Notes: generated by a model not told the origin, from the sequence alone. A stretch of DNA of 64,000 nt from Bacteroidales bacterium (GCA_016930375.1 JAFGGU010000044.1:2529-66528), one strand, 5' to 3'; shown: positions 1 to 9,834, counted from the first letter of the stretch. Program-made: numbers and translations.

Positions 1-960
1 ACGAACAAAGACGAGGAAGATAAGCTTCTTTTCGGTTACTACAATTGCTCGTCCATCGACCTGAGAGCTGATACAACCAGGAAGGCACTTTTTTACTTCA
101 ATCCTGACACAAAGGCCAGGATCAATGTTTCGGTAAATTATACCATCCGGTGGAGCACAGATAATCCGGAAGCTGTTACACCATCAAGCCGACTGATCAC
201 CAGGGTTAACAATCCTCCGTCAGAAGATACTTGGTACATCCTTACCCTGAGTGATCCTTTTGGACTCAAAAGATCCGATTCGGTCTTTTATGAGTCCATC
301 CAGTCCAAAGCAGTATTGGCAGTGCCAGAATACGTGAATCTGGGTGATGAATTGGAATATCCTGCGAAGAATTACGGAAGTTATTATAATGATGATATTT
401 TTTCTGCACCCGGAAAGTACAGGTTTGACGTATCCGGTTCCCGGAATTTGTCGGGTTATGAGATCGATTTTGGTGATGGAGAGCTGATTTCATTTGGGGC
501 CGACACCTTAACAATAGTTCATGAATTCAAAAAACCAGGTATTTACAAGGTTGTTCTGACTACCAGATCTGCAATGCCTTACGAGTGTCTGGATTCAATT
601 TCCGCGGAAGTTGAGCTTGTTAATTCGCAGTTTGCCCTCCCCAATGTGTTTACACCGAACAATGACGGCAACAATGATTTGATTTCACTGGAAAACAGCA
701 ATGATGTTTTCCGCAGCGAGGATATTTCAGTTCTCAGCATTGAAATAGCGATTTTCGACCGGGCAGGGATCAAAGTACATGCTTATGAGGGCAATATCAG
801 AGACTGGCACGGATGGGACGGGAGAATCAGAAATTCAAACCGGGATGCACCAGAAGGAGTATATTTTTACGTGATAAAAGCGCTCCATGTTTTCAAAGAG
901 GGGACCGGTTCCGTCACCAGCAAAACCTATGCAGGTTTTTTCCATCTCTACAGGGATTAA
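1..960 (+). CDS. T9SS type-B cargo protein, C-terminal part (PKD domain plus gliding-motility-associated C-terminal sorting domain). The 5' end lies outside the window.
   Basis: Frame 1 is open from nt 1, so the ORF-track start at 316 is internal. PKD signature: YEIDFGDGE...HEFKKPGIYKVVLT. The C-terminus FALPNVFTPNNDGNNDL...GWDGR...APEGVYFYVI follows the same pattern as the C-terminus of the 1,923-aa protein. Confidence 0.85.
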   Translation, partial: TNKDEEDKLLFGYYNCSSIDLRADTTRKALFYFNPDTKARINVSVNYTIRWSTDNPEAVTPSSRLITRVNNPPSEDTWYILTLSDPFGLKRSDSVFYESIQSKAVLAVPEYVNLGDELEYPAKNYGSYYNDDIFSAPGKYRFDVSGSRNLSGYEIDFGDGELISFGADTLTIVHEFKKPGIYKVVLTTRSAMPYECLDSISAEVELVNSQFALPNVFTPNNDGNNDLISLENSNDVFRSEDISVLSIEIAIFDRAGIKVHAYEGNIRDWHGWDGRIRNSNRDAPEGVYFYVIKALHVFKEGTGSVTSKTYAGFFHLYRD

Positions 961-974
961 ACCGGTACCGGCTT

Positions 975-1541
975 ATGACACCAACACGGGATCAGGCATT
1001 TGTTCTGCTTCAGAAGTATAACCGAAATGAAAGTCTTATCCGGCATGCGCTTTCAGTGGAAGCAGTTATGCGTCATTTTGCCGGGCTTTATCATGAGGAT
1101 GTTGTGAAATGGGGCATTATTGGATTGATTCATGACCTCGATTATGAGCAATATCCCGAACAGCACTGCACCATGACACGGAAAATTCTGGAAGACGAGC
1201 AATGGCCCACGGATTATATCCGATCGGTGGTGAGTCATGGCTGGGGCATTTGTTCTGAGGAGGAGCCTGTTCACATCATGGAAAAGGTATTATACACCAT
1301 TGATGAATTGACCGGCCTGATTACCGCATCGGTTTTGATCCGGCCTTCCAGGTCAATTCTCGATCTGGAAGTCAGGTCAGTTAAAAAGAAATGGAACATG
1401 AAGAACTTTGCTGCCGGTGCCAGCCGTGAAGTAATTGAAAGGGGAGCAGCCATGATGGGTAGCGAACTCGACTTCATTATCCAGGAAACCATTCAGGGGA
1501 TGAAGGCTGTTGCCGACAGTATCGGATTACAGGGAAATTGA
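975..1541 (+). CDS. HD-domain phosphohydrolase family protein
   Basis: Contains RHALSVEAVMRHFA...GLIHDLDY (H...HD motif). The ATG at 975 avoids the overlap with the upstream CDS that the ORF-track start at 813 creates. Confidence 0.75.
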   Translation: MTPTRDQAFVLLQKYNRNESLIRHALSVEAVMRHFAGLYHEDVVKWGIIGLIHDLDYEQYPEQHCTMTRKILEDEQWPTDYIRSVVSHGWGICSEEEPVHIMEKVLYTIDELTGLITASVLIRPSRSILDLEVRSVKKKWNMKNFAAGASREVIERGAAMMGSELDFIIQETIQGMKAVADSIGLQGN

Positions 1542-1554
1542 AAATCGCTGCCGG

Positions 1555-1959
1555 TTACTGCCAGATACCGATAATTCCTCCTGCCACTGCATAATTTATT
1601 GCCAGGTAACCGGCATTAATCAGAAAGAGCTTGAAGGATCTTCCCTCGAACAGATAAATCGTGCCAAGTGAAGCGGCCGCCCAGCCGATCCCTGCCAATG
1701 CTCCGGCAGTTATGCCCCAAAGAAGGCCGGCATCCGGTCCTAGGAAGGCAGCCAGATTGAAGCAAATGATAAGCGCCAGGAGGAAAGTAAGGCCAAATGT
1801 TTTAACCATGCTGGTTTGCTTGATTTTTTCTTCGGAAAGCCCGGCTTCTCTCATCCATACCTTTGCGAAGGAAAAGGGTGCATACCAGAGAAATCCGATC
1901 ACAAAACTTGACAAAGCGGCTATCAGAACGGCAAGGTAATTGATCTGTGATATGTCCAT
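1555..1959 (-). CDS. DUF1761-like small integral membrane protein
   Basis: 134 aa with about four hydrophobic segments. The N-terminus INYLAVLIAALSSFVIGFLWYAPFSFAKVW is typical of DUF1761 as I recall it. Confidence 0.65.
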   Translation of the reverse strand: MDISQINYLAVLIAALSSFVIGFLWYAPFSFAKVWMREAGLSEEKIKQTSMVKTFGLTFLLALIICFNLAAFLGPDAGLLWGITAGALAGIGWAAASLGTIYLFEGRSFKLFLINAGYLAINYAVAGGIIGIWQ

Positions 1960-2074
1960 ATTGCTTATTATTAATAGGTTAACACAAAATTCATGTGTAA
2001 ATTACCACCTGTACCAGGTGTGGTGATTGCTTTGTTTAACAAATGACAAGTCAAAAAGTTTTAGGTATCCCTCG

Positions 2075-2143
2075 CATTGTCAAATAATTACGTTTGTCAA
2101 TCCAGTTGCCTCATTCGTCACCGGATTGAAACCATTCGTCAAA
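2075..2143 (+). promoter_or_regulatory. Cluster of short direct repeats (TTGTCAA x2, CATTCGTCA x2) upstream of the giant adhesin gene
   Basis: TTGTCAA lies at 2077-2083 and 2094-2100. CATTCGTCA lies at 2112-2120 and 2134-2142. GTCA cores are spaced 17, 21 and 21 bp apart. A TACGTTTG (TAnnTTTG-like) box sits at 2089-2096. Confidence 0.3.
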
Positions 2144-2295
2144 AAATGCGTATATATGCTTACTATGTTCAGAAGATTTCAGAGCAAATGTAAAGCATGA
2201 CTTATACCGGGCAATAGCCCTGATGGCAAAGGGAGGGGGGATGAATTGAAATAATTACTGGATCTGTCAGGCAACACAATTTTCAAGCAACAGGT

Positions 2296-5200
2296 ATGAG
2301 GGGCACATTAACAAAACTACTCACCGTAACATCGTTATTAGTAAGCTTGTTTTCGCAAAAGGTTACCGGTCAGTGCGCACTGATCACCGACAATTACAGC
2401 GGACAAGTAGCCGGAAGCGTTTGTGCCCCTGTTAACCTGAACATGGACGTACGCTACAAGTTTTTCTTACCGGTTGATCCTTCCCGTGTTCAAATTCTTT
2501 ATGTATGGAACGATGGTACAGGCGCTACTTCCATTGTTCCTGCGATCTCCCAGGGGGATACCATTTTTACAGCCACCGCATCCCATATCTATCCTCCGGC
2601 AGACCAATGCAGCTACACGGCAGAAGCATATGTGATTTATGACGGCGTGCAATGTGTCAGCAGCAGCCGGCAGGAGCAGACTTTCAGCGCATGGGCCAGG
2701 GACAATCAAAACGGCGCGGTGGTCATCACAGATCCTGTGGTGGCCCAGTTCTGTGAGGGTGAAGATATTATTGATGTACAATTCACAGACAACTCCACTT
2801 TTAACTGCAATATCAATATTGAACCTGATAAACCCAACCGGATTACGCGCTGGGTTCAGTTTATTTATGGTACAACCACCATTGGCGGTGACCGCATTCC
2901 CAACGTTACCATCCGCGATCCGCTTGGGAACGTATTCCAAATGACGGATGCGGCTGGCAATTCATTACCGCCTGTATCCGGGCCCATTGTGGAAATACCC
3001 ATACCGGCAGACGGGCCGACTGAGATTTCATGGCCCATAAGCGCACCTGCGGGCGGAATCGCCGGAGATATTTTTGAGATCACACTCCGGAACTGGAATA
3101 TCTGCAATCCTTATGACAGGAATCCATTTGATGCGATACCCCCAACGGACCTGATTGATGGAGACAATGATCCCATTACCACAACGGCACTGATCGAAAT
3201 TATCACCACCCCACCTGTAATTACCAACCCTTCCCTTGAGTTTTGCGCCGGCAGTCCCATAAACCTTACGTTGGCTACTTCAGGAGGACAGGTCAACTGG
3301 TACACGGACTCCCTGTTAACCAATCATATCCATACGGGCAACAGTTTCGACCCTACGGGTTCACCTACTTTTATCGACAACTCAACAGGGGGGAGTTATT
3401 CCTTCTGGGTAACCGAGAGTATTGGTGCCTGTGCAAGCGCGCCCAGCAAAATAACCTTCAGAATATATGATACACCCGCACCTGCGCCGGATGCCGGAAC
3501 GGATGATGTAATATGTGACAGTCAGTACCCGCTTAATGGCAATGTTCCTGTGATCGGGATCGGGTTATGGACAACCAGTGGCAGTGCTATAATTGACAAC
3601 CCAGGCAATCCCAATACCCTGGCATATGACCTTGAACCGGGACCAAATCTTTTCCGATGGACCATCACGAACGGTCCCTGTGTATCGGTTGATGAAGTGA
3701 TCATAACCAGAGACCTCCAGCCTGATCCCGCATCAGCAGGTTTAGACCAGGCATTTTGCAATACGGGCACAGCTTCCCTGCATGGCAATGCACCTACCAA
3801 CAACGGGAGGGGAACCTGGTCAGTTGCAACGGGACATGCCGATTTCAGCGATACGCATGACAGGTTTGCGCAGGCTTCGGATTTGTCAGGCGGATTGAAC
3901 AAGCTCGCATGGACAATAACAAGCCGATATGGTGCCTGTATTGCCACAAGCGATACGGTTGAAATATTGCGCGACCTGACTCCTGATCCTGCTCAGGCAG
4001 GTCCTGACCGAGGTGTTTGTGATTCAGTGGCGGTGAATATGGCAGCCCTGCCTGCCGGGAATGGAGGGACGGGCACTTGGAGTGTAATATCCGGCGGGGG
4101 ATTACTCTCAGATATTCACGATCCGGTTTCCCTGGTTTCGAATTTATCATTTGGCAACAACCAGTTGCGATGGACAGTGGTAAGCCAGTATGGTATATGT
4201 TCCGGAAGTTCCGATAATGTTACAATAACGCGGGATGAGTCTCCTGCGACTGCATTTGCAGGCATGGATCAGAATCTTTGCAGCTCGGTTACTGCGCCTC
4301 TCGGGGCCAATAATGCCACAGTAGGAAGCGGTAACTGGAGTGTTGTGACCAACCCTTCGGGAATCCCGCCGGTGTTTAATCCCGGTGCCGGCAATCCCAA
4401 TGCGACAGTGGAGATTTTTCCGGGAAATGAAGGTATTTATGAGTTTGCCTGGACGATCGTAAATGGCAGTTGTATTACTTCCGACACACTTCAGGTTGAT
4501 TTCGGCATGCCGGTTCCTCCGGCTGATGCCGGTCCATCCGACACAGTCTGCGGTACTACGGCAGCACTTATCGGTAATGATCCCGGCATCGGGACGGGTA
4601 CATGGCGGCAGATCGCAGGACCAGGTACTGTTTTATTTATGCCGGATGAACATGCAAAAGCTGTTTTCGCCATAATTATTCCCGGTCAGGAAGGTCTTTA
4701 TTCATTTGAATGGCGTATAACAAGCGGATCATGCCCTCCAAGTGCTGATACCGTCGATATTTTTTATAAGCCCACACCGGGAATTCCCGGTGCATCTGAT
4801 GTCGAAATTTGCGGTCCGGGATCAGTTATATTGAATTCCACCCTGGGGATCAACGGGGATGTAAATCGCTGGTATGAAAATTCATCGGGCGGATCCGTCC
4901 TTTCGGAGAGCATTAACTATACCACACCGGTTGTGACATCCACCTCCAGCTATTGGGTGTCAAGTTATGACCATGCCACAGGATGCGAAAGCGACCGCAG
5001 GCGTGTTCAGGTGATGATTCATGAGATACCCGACAATCCGGATGTTTCGGATATTCAGCATTGCGGTGACGCGAGCGTAACTCTTATGGCATCCATCGGG
5101 CACGGTGGCAACACCAACCGTTGGTATGATTCATCAACCGGCGGAAATATGCTCGTGCAGGCTGAATCCTATACCACACCTGTATTATCGGGCCCGGTGT

Positions 5201-8067
5201 CATTTTGGGTCAGCAGTTATAATGACAGCACGGGCTGTGAAAGCAACCGGGTGCAGGTCACGGCAAGGATCGATATAATACCGGATGTGCCGGCTATCTC
5301 CAATGCAAGCCGGTGCGGTGAGGGAGCAGTGGATCTGGCTTCTTCCATCGGGAACAACGGTACCGGAAACCGTTGGTATGATGCGCCGATAGGCGGAACT
5401 TTGCTTGATACGATATTGGTTTATACAACGCCCTATCTTACCACTTCTGCTTCATACTGGGTTTCGACGATAAATTCCGTAACAGGTTGTACAAGTCCGA
5501 GAATAAGGGTAGTGGCCCAGATTAATCTAATTCCGGAATTTCCGGACGTTGTAAATGTTACCCAATGTGGTCCCGATTCCGTATACCTGTTCTCCACTCC
5601 CGGTGCCAACGGTACCGTAAGCAGATGGTATGACAGCCTGACCGGCGGTAATCTGTTGATCCAGGGAAATACTTATCTGACGGATTATCTCACGGCAACC
5701 CAAAGATTTTATGTTTCAAGTTACAACGAAACAACCGGTTGTGAAAGCAGCAGAAAGGAGGTAATGGTTGTTGTACTTCCTGTTCCTGCGGCCAATACAA
5801 TAATAGGCCCTTCACTGGTCGGGATCAACCAGACCAATGTTATCTATTCGGTGAATTACCAACCGGGTTCAACGTATGACTGGTTCATACCACCGGGAAT
5901 AAATCTGTTGTTGGAGAATCAGAACTTCGTTATTGTTGAGTTCCCCAACATCGGCAATTACAATCTTACAGTTACGGAAACCAACAGTGTCGGCTGTGCC
6001 GGACCTCCGGCCATCAAGCCCGTTGAAGTCAAGGCGGATGTGATTGTTTTGAACATCAGCACAACCCAGGAAGACGCTTGCGTGGGCAATGACCTTCATT
6101 TGTCGGTTGTTCCCGCAGGAGGAACACCTTCCTATACTTTTACCTGGGACGGAGACATACAGTATCTGTCAGCGACAAATGTATCAAACCCGGTTTTCAA
6201 TTCACCGGATCCGGGGACATACCAGGTTTCGATAACGGTTAGCGATATCAACGGCAATCATAGTTCGGATACGATCCAGGTCGATGTTTATGCCAATCCG
6301 CACACACAGATCATGGCTGCGGATACCCTGGTCTGTGTGGGGACAGACCTGCCCTTAAACGCTCTGGTAAGCGGAGGATCTGGAATTTACAGTACCTATA
6401 GCTGGAGCGGACAAACCCTGCCCCTTTCGGAAACGGACATAGTTAATCCATTCTTCAACAGTTATTTACGAGGCGAATATGATTTAACTTTCACGGTTGC
6501 CGATAACCATGGATGTACAGCATCTGATTCCATAACTATTTATAACGATTCTCCATTGTCGTCCTTTACCACCAATGCGGTTCCCGGATGCAGTCCGGTG
6601 CATGCAGGTTTCTTCAACCAGTCGGACAATGCAACAAGCTATTTATGGGATTTTGGAGATGGTTCTACCAGCAATCAGGAAAATCCCTACCATGATTTTG
6701 TGAATCATTCATCTTCGGTGGAGTACTTCAACATAAGACTGACGGCCATCAGTGCTTACGGTTGCGTGCATACTTCCAATGACTATATTACAGTATATCC
6801 GAATCCCGAATTGAACATTGTTACCTACCCCGAGAAAGCCTGTGCCCCTGCGGATATACTGCTTTCGTCCACTCCCGGAGGATTCAGTTATTACTGGGAT
6901 TTTGGAGATGGTTATCAGGAAAGCGGTAATTTCAATATCATGCACACTTTTGAGAATCCTACGGACAGGGATACGTCCTTTCTAGTGAGTCTTGTATCTA
7001 CCTCATTTTTTGGCTGTGAAGATACCGGGTACACTCAAATAATCGTTCATCCTGCTCCGATAGCAGCATTTACGGCGGATCCCTCATCGCAAATGATGCC
7101 TGACCGGACCGTATACTTCACCAATACCACACAAACCGGTAACTGGACCTATCAATGGAAGTTTGGTGACGATATCGTCTCCACGGAACGTGATCCTGGC
7201 CCGCATACTTATCCGGGTCCGGCCGATTATTTGATAACGCTTGTGGTGAGAGGAGAACATTGTTCCGACAGCACATGGCAAAGTGTTGAGATATTGCCTC
7301 ATCCGCCTGTGGCTGAATTCAAGCCTGTTGAACCAGGTTGTATGCCCCTGACCATACAGTTCGAGAACACTTCATCTTACTCCAACTCATTTCTGTGGGA
7401 ATTCGGGGATGGTGCTGTTTCCAATAAGCCCAATCCCGAATACACTTACTATGAGCCCGGAACCTATAAGATCAAACTTACAGCCTGGGGTGACGGAGGC
7501 GCTGATACATACAGCACAGTGAATGATGTTTGGGTGCTTCCCAATGCTTATTTTGAAATCGCCCCAAGGTTTGTATATGTAAATGACCAGGAAGTGCATT
7601 TTTTCAATTTGTCGGATAACGGGGATATATATCTATGGGACTTCGGGGATGGAACAGGGTCAAGCGACATGAGTCCAACCCATATGTATACCAGGGAAGG
7701 GAATTACGATGTCACGCTGAACGTTTGGACAGCCAATGACTGCTATGATCTCTATGTTCTTGAAACCGCTGTCCTGGTTGAACCAACGGGAAGGATAGTA
7801 TTTCCGAACGTATTTCGACCTGAATCACCCATTGAGGAGAACCGGGTATTTAAACCGGGTGTCATTGACCATGTGGAAGAATACCACCTGATGGTATTCA
7901 ATCGTTGGGGAGAGCTTATTTTTGAAAGCTTTGACAAGGATACGGGATGGGATGGTTATGTAGATGGTAAGATGGCCAAACAGGATGTTTATGTGTGGAA
8001 GGTGGAAGGCAAGTATTCAGGGGGTCAGACCTTCGGTCAATCGGGTGATGTTACCCTGATGCATTAA
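2296..8067 (+). CDS. Giant modular cell-surface protein (1,923 aa) with signal peptide, Ig-like and PKD repeats, and a T9SS type-B C-terminal sorting domain (SprB-class adhesin candidate)
   Basis: N-terminal signal-like segment LLTVTSLLVSLFSQKVTGQ. Five W[DEK]FGD[GD] PKD signatures. The C-terminus IVFPNVFRPES...FNRWGELIF...GWDGY...DVYVWKVE fits the type-B CTD pattern. It is a single uninterrupted ORF. Confidence 0.9.
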   Translation: MRGTLTKLLTVTSLLVSLFSQKVTGQCALITDNYSGQVAGSVCAPVNLNMDVRYKFFLPVDPSRVQILYVWNDGTGATSIVPAISQGDTIFTATASHIYPPADQCSYTAEAYVIYDGVQCVSSSRQEQTFSAWARDNQNGAVVITDPVVAQFCEGEDIIDVQFTDNSTFNCNINIEPDKPNRITRWVQFIYGTTTIGGDRIPNVTIRDPLGNVFQMTDAAGNSLPPVSGPIVEIPIPADGPTEISWPISAPAGGIAGDIFEITLRNWNICNPYDRNPFDAIPPTDLIDGDNDPITTTALIEIITTPPVITNPSLEFCAGSPINLTLATSGGQVNWYTDSLLTNHIHTGNSFDPTGSPTFIDNSTGGSYSFWVTESIGACASAPSKITFRIYDTPAPAPDAGTDDVICDSQYPLNGNVPVIGIGLWTTSGSAIIDNPGNPNTLAYDLEPGPNLFRWTITNGPCVSVDEVIITRDLQPDPASAGLDQAFCNTGTASLHGNAPTNNGRGTWSVATGHADFSDTHDRFAQASDLSGGLNKLAWTITSRYGACIATSDTVEILRDLTPDPAQAGPDRGVCDSVAVNMAALPAGNGGTGTWSVISGGGLLSDIHDPVSLVSNLSFGNNQLRWTVVSQYGICSGSSDNVTITRDESPATAFAGMDQNLCSSVTAPLGANNATVGSGNWSVVTNPSGIPPVFNPGAGNPNATVEIFPGNEGIYEFAWTIVNGSCITSDTLQVDFGMPVPPADAGPSDTVCGTTAALIGNDPGIGTGTWRQIAGPGTVLFMPDEHAKAVFAIIIPGQEGLYSFEWRITSGSCPPSADTVDIFYKPTPGIPGASDVEICGPGSVILNSTLGINGDVNRWYENSSGGSVLSESINYTTPVVTSTSSYWVSSYDHATGCESDRRRVQVMIHEIPDNPDVSDIQHCGDASVTLMASIGHGGNTNRWYDSSTGGNMLVQAESYTTPVLSGPVSFWVSSYNDSTGCESNRVQVTARIDIIPDVPAISNASRCGEGAVDLASSIGNNGTGNRWYDAPIGGTLLDTILVYTTPYLTTSASYWVSTINSVTGCTSPRIRVVAQINLIPEFPDVVNVTQCGPDSVYLFSTPGANGTVSRWYDSLTGGNLLIQGNTYLTDYLTATQRFYVSSYNETTGCESSRKEVMVVVLPVPAANTIIGPSLVGINQTNVIYSVNYQPGSTYDWFIPPGINLLLENQNFVIVEFPNIGNYNLTVTETNSVGCAGPPAIKPVEVKADVIVLNISTTQEDACVGNDLHLSVVPAGGTPSYTFTWDGDIQYLSATNVSNPVFNSPDPGTYQVSITVSDINGNHSSDTIQVDVYANPHTQIMAADTLVCVGTDLPLNALVSGGSGIYSTYSWSGQTLPLSETDIVNPFFNSYLRGEYDLTFTVADNHGCTASDSITIYNDSPLSSFTTNAVPGCSPVHAGFFNQSDNATSYLWDFGDGSTSNQENPYHDFVNHSSSVEYFNIRLTAISAYGCVHTSNDYITVYPNPELNIVTYPEKACAPADILLSSTPGGFSYYWDFGDGYQESGNFNIMHTFENPTDRDTSFLVSLVSTSFFGCEDTGYTQIIVHPAPIAAFTADPSSQMMPDRTVYFTNTTQTGNWTYQWKFGDDIVSTERDPGPHTYPGPADYLITLVVRGEHCSDSTWQSVEILPHPPVAEFKPVEPGCMPLTIQFENTSSYSNSFLWEFGDGAVSNKPNPEYTYYEPGTYKIKLTAWGDGGADTYSTVNDVWVLPNAYFEIAPRFVYVNDQEVHFFNLSDNGDIYLWDFGDGTGSSDMSPTHMYTREGNYDVTLNVWTANDCYDLYVLETAVLVEPTGRIVFPNVFRPESPIEENRVFKPGVIDHVEEYHLMVFNRWGELIFESFDKDTGWDGYVDGKMAKQDVYVWKVEGKYSGGQTFGQSGDVTLMH
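3472..4770 (+). repeat. Five tandem modules of about 85 aa inside the giant adhesin (aa 393-825)
   Basis: The recurring pattern is P(D/A)P(A)xAGxDxxxC...G(T/N)W...(F/L)...L..G.N...WT......C...D.V.I, read directly from the translation. Confidence 0.7.
4771..5781 (+). repeat. Four tandem Ig-like modules of about 83 aa (aa 826-1162). One more diverged copy lies at nt 3211-3471.
   Basis: The recurring pattern is CG.G.V.L......G....RWY(D/E)...GG..L.....YTTP......YWVSS.....GCES.R..V. It resembles the Ig-like domains that accompany CHU_C/type-B CTD proteins. Confidence 0.7.
6550..7785 (+). repeat. Five tandem PKD domains (aa 1419-1830)
   Basis: Signatures WDFGDG (x3), WKFGDD and WEFGDG occur about 80-87 aa apart, each followed by H.Y...G.Y.V.L. 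Confidence 0.8.
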
Positions 8068-8076
8068 CAGGAAGTA

Positions 8077-9078
8077 ATGATGAAGAGGATTTTCCTGATA
8101 CTGACATTTATTTTATCCTTTTTCTTCGGATTTTCACAGGATCCGCAGTTTTCGCAATTTTATTCAAACTACCTTTACCTGGCTCCTTCTTTCGCCGGAT
8201 TGACCGATAAAAACCGCATTGCCTTTAATTACCGTAACCAATGGCCGGAAATTAAGTATGGATACCAGACTTATTCGGTATCATTCGATAAATACATTGA
8301 AAAGTTTAAAAGCGGTATCGGCATACTGGTGTTCCAGGATGTGGCAGGCACCGGGCGGTTAACAACCACAAGCATTGGTTTGCAGTACTCCTATGATTTC
8401 AGTATCACGGAAAACTGGCATGTACGGCCAGGTATGCATTTCAATTACACGGAACGGGGCATTGACTTTGAAAGATTGCTTTGGAACGACCAGATATCAG
8501 CAAGCGGCAACTCGCCCGTATCAGCTGAATTGGTTCCCATGGAAAAAGCCGGTGATATAGACTTTTCCACCTCCGTCCTGACCTATTCGGGCCGCTTTTG
8601 GCTGGGAACCAGCGTGGATCATCTGCTGAGACCTAACCAGTCCTTGTATTTCTACGAAGAAGAAGATGGCAATCCTGCCAAAGTTCCTGTCAGGTATTCC
8701 TTTTTCGGCGGCGTGAAATTTGTTCGTCCGGAACACTTGCTGCGACCCATTCCCACCAGTATTCAGCTGGCCTTCCTTTACAGGCAACAGCAACAATTCA
8801 GGCAGCTTGACCTGGGTGTTTACTGGCATCGCAGCCCCCTGGTTATAGGAATCTGGTACAGGGGGATTCCTTTTTACAAAGAAGTATTCAACCGGGATGC
8901 TTTTACCTTACTACTGGGAGTAAAATCAAAGAACATGAATATCGGCTACAGCTACGATTTCACGGTCTCCAAATTAATGGCCGAGACAGGCGGTTCCCAT
9001 GAGATATCATTGAGCTATACTTTCAAGACCAAACCCTTAAAACATAAAATCAGGATGGTTCCGTGCCCGGATTTTTAA
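8077..9078 (+). CDS. PorP/SprF-family type IX secretion outer-membrane protein
   Basis: The N-terminus after the signal peptide, QDPQFSQFYSNYLYLAPSFAG, and the C-terminal GGSHEISLSYTF are hallmarks of the PorP/SprF family. It starts 9 nt after the adhesin stop. Confidence 0.9.
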   Translation: MMKRIFLILTFILSFFFGFSQDPQFSQFYSNYLYLAPSFAGLTDKNRIAFNYRNQWPEIKYGYQTYSVSFDKYIEKFKSGIGILVFQDVAGTGRLTTTSIGLQYSYDFSITENWHVRPGMHFNYTERGIDFERLLWNDQISASGNSPVSAELVPMEKAGDIDFSTSVLTYSGRFWLGTSVDHLLRPNQSLYFYEEEDGNPAKVPVRYSFFGGVKFVRPEHLLRPIPTSIQLAFLYRQQQQFRQLDLGVYWHRSPLVIGIWYRGIPFYKEVFNRDAFTLLLGVKSKNMNIGYSYDFTVSKLMAETGGSHEISLSYTFKTKPLKHKIRMVPCPDF

Positions 9079-9105
9079 TCTGCGGGTTCAAAAACAGGAA
9101 TGTAT

Positions 9106-9834
9106 TCAAGAGTTCCGTAAAATAAAAGTTACATGTCTGGGCCGATGGATTCCTGTTTTATTGAACCGGCCAATGACGTCTTTCGCCTTGTTACTGTAAA
9201 AATAGTAAAAATCGGTTCCGCGTAACCGGTCCACTCTTTTGATCAGCCGATCCGACATGGCCTGAATTTCGTTGACATTCATAGCATCGCCTGTAATTTC
9301 GGAATGTGTGAACTGCTCCTGAACTTTTAAATTGCTTGCTTTGATCAATGTTGTAATTTCTTTCAGGGTATAGGGTTCCCGATGATATTGTCCCAGCTGG
9401 TTATCCATTTCTGCAATAAGCCGGTGATAAAGCATATAGGTTTCCTGCATGTCGGAAAAATCTTCATTAAGCATTTCATTGATAATAATAAGACCCTGTG
9501 CTTTACATACGCGATTGAATTCAACAAAGAGTGGCTGAAGCTTTTCAATATGGTGCATGGCATTGGACATGGTAATCGTATCGAAATAATGATCCGTGAA
9601 CGGCATGGTTAATGCCGAACTAAAAATCAACAGGACCGGGGAACCCGTAAATTCATTCCGGGCGGTTTGAAGCAGGTCGGCATCAAAATCGAGACCTGCT
9701 ACGCTTTGCCATGAGCGAAAAGCTCCCATGGCAAATTTCAGAAATTCGCCTCTGCCAACGGCTACATCAAGCAAGGATCCCGCATCAAAACCGCTGATCT
9801 TGCTTTTCAGGGTAAGCATATTTTCATAATTCAT
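9106..9834 (-). CDS. Class I SAM-dependent methyltransferase
   Basis: Motif I-like LLDVAVGRGEF, followed by AGLDFD and ITMSNAMHH. Confidence 0.75.
   Translation of the reverse strand: MNYENMLTLKSKISGFDAGSLLDVAVGRGEFLKFAMGAFRSWQSVAGLDFDADLLQTARNEFTGSPVLLIFSSALTMPFTDHYFDTITMSNAMHHIEKLQPLFVEFNRVCKAQGLIIINEMLNEDFSDMQETYMLYHRLIAEMDNQLGQYHREPYTLKEITTLIKASNLKVQEQFTHSEITGDAMNVNEIQAMSDRLIKRVDRLRGTDFYYFYSNKAKDVIGRFNKTGIHRPRHVTFILRNS

Noticed and set aside
813-974. N-terminal extension of the HD-domain ORF that overlaps the end of the upstream cargo gene
   Set aside because: The extension has no HD-family features and overlaps a CDS that ends at 960. The ATG at 975 gives a compact, non-overlapping gene.
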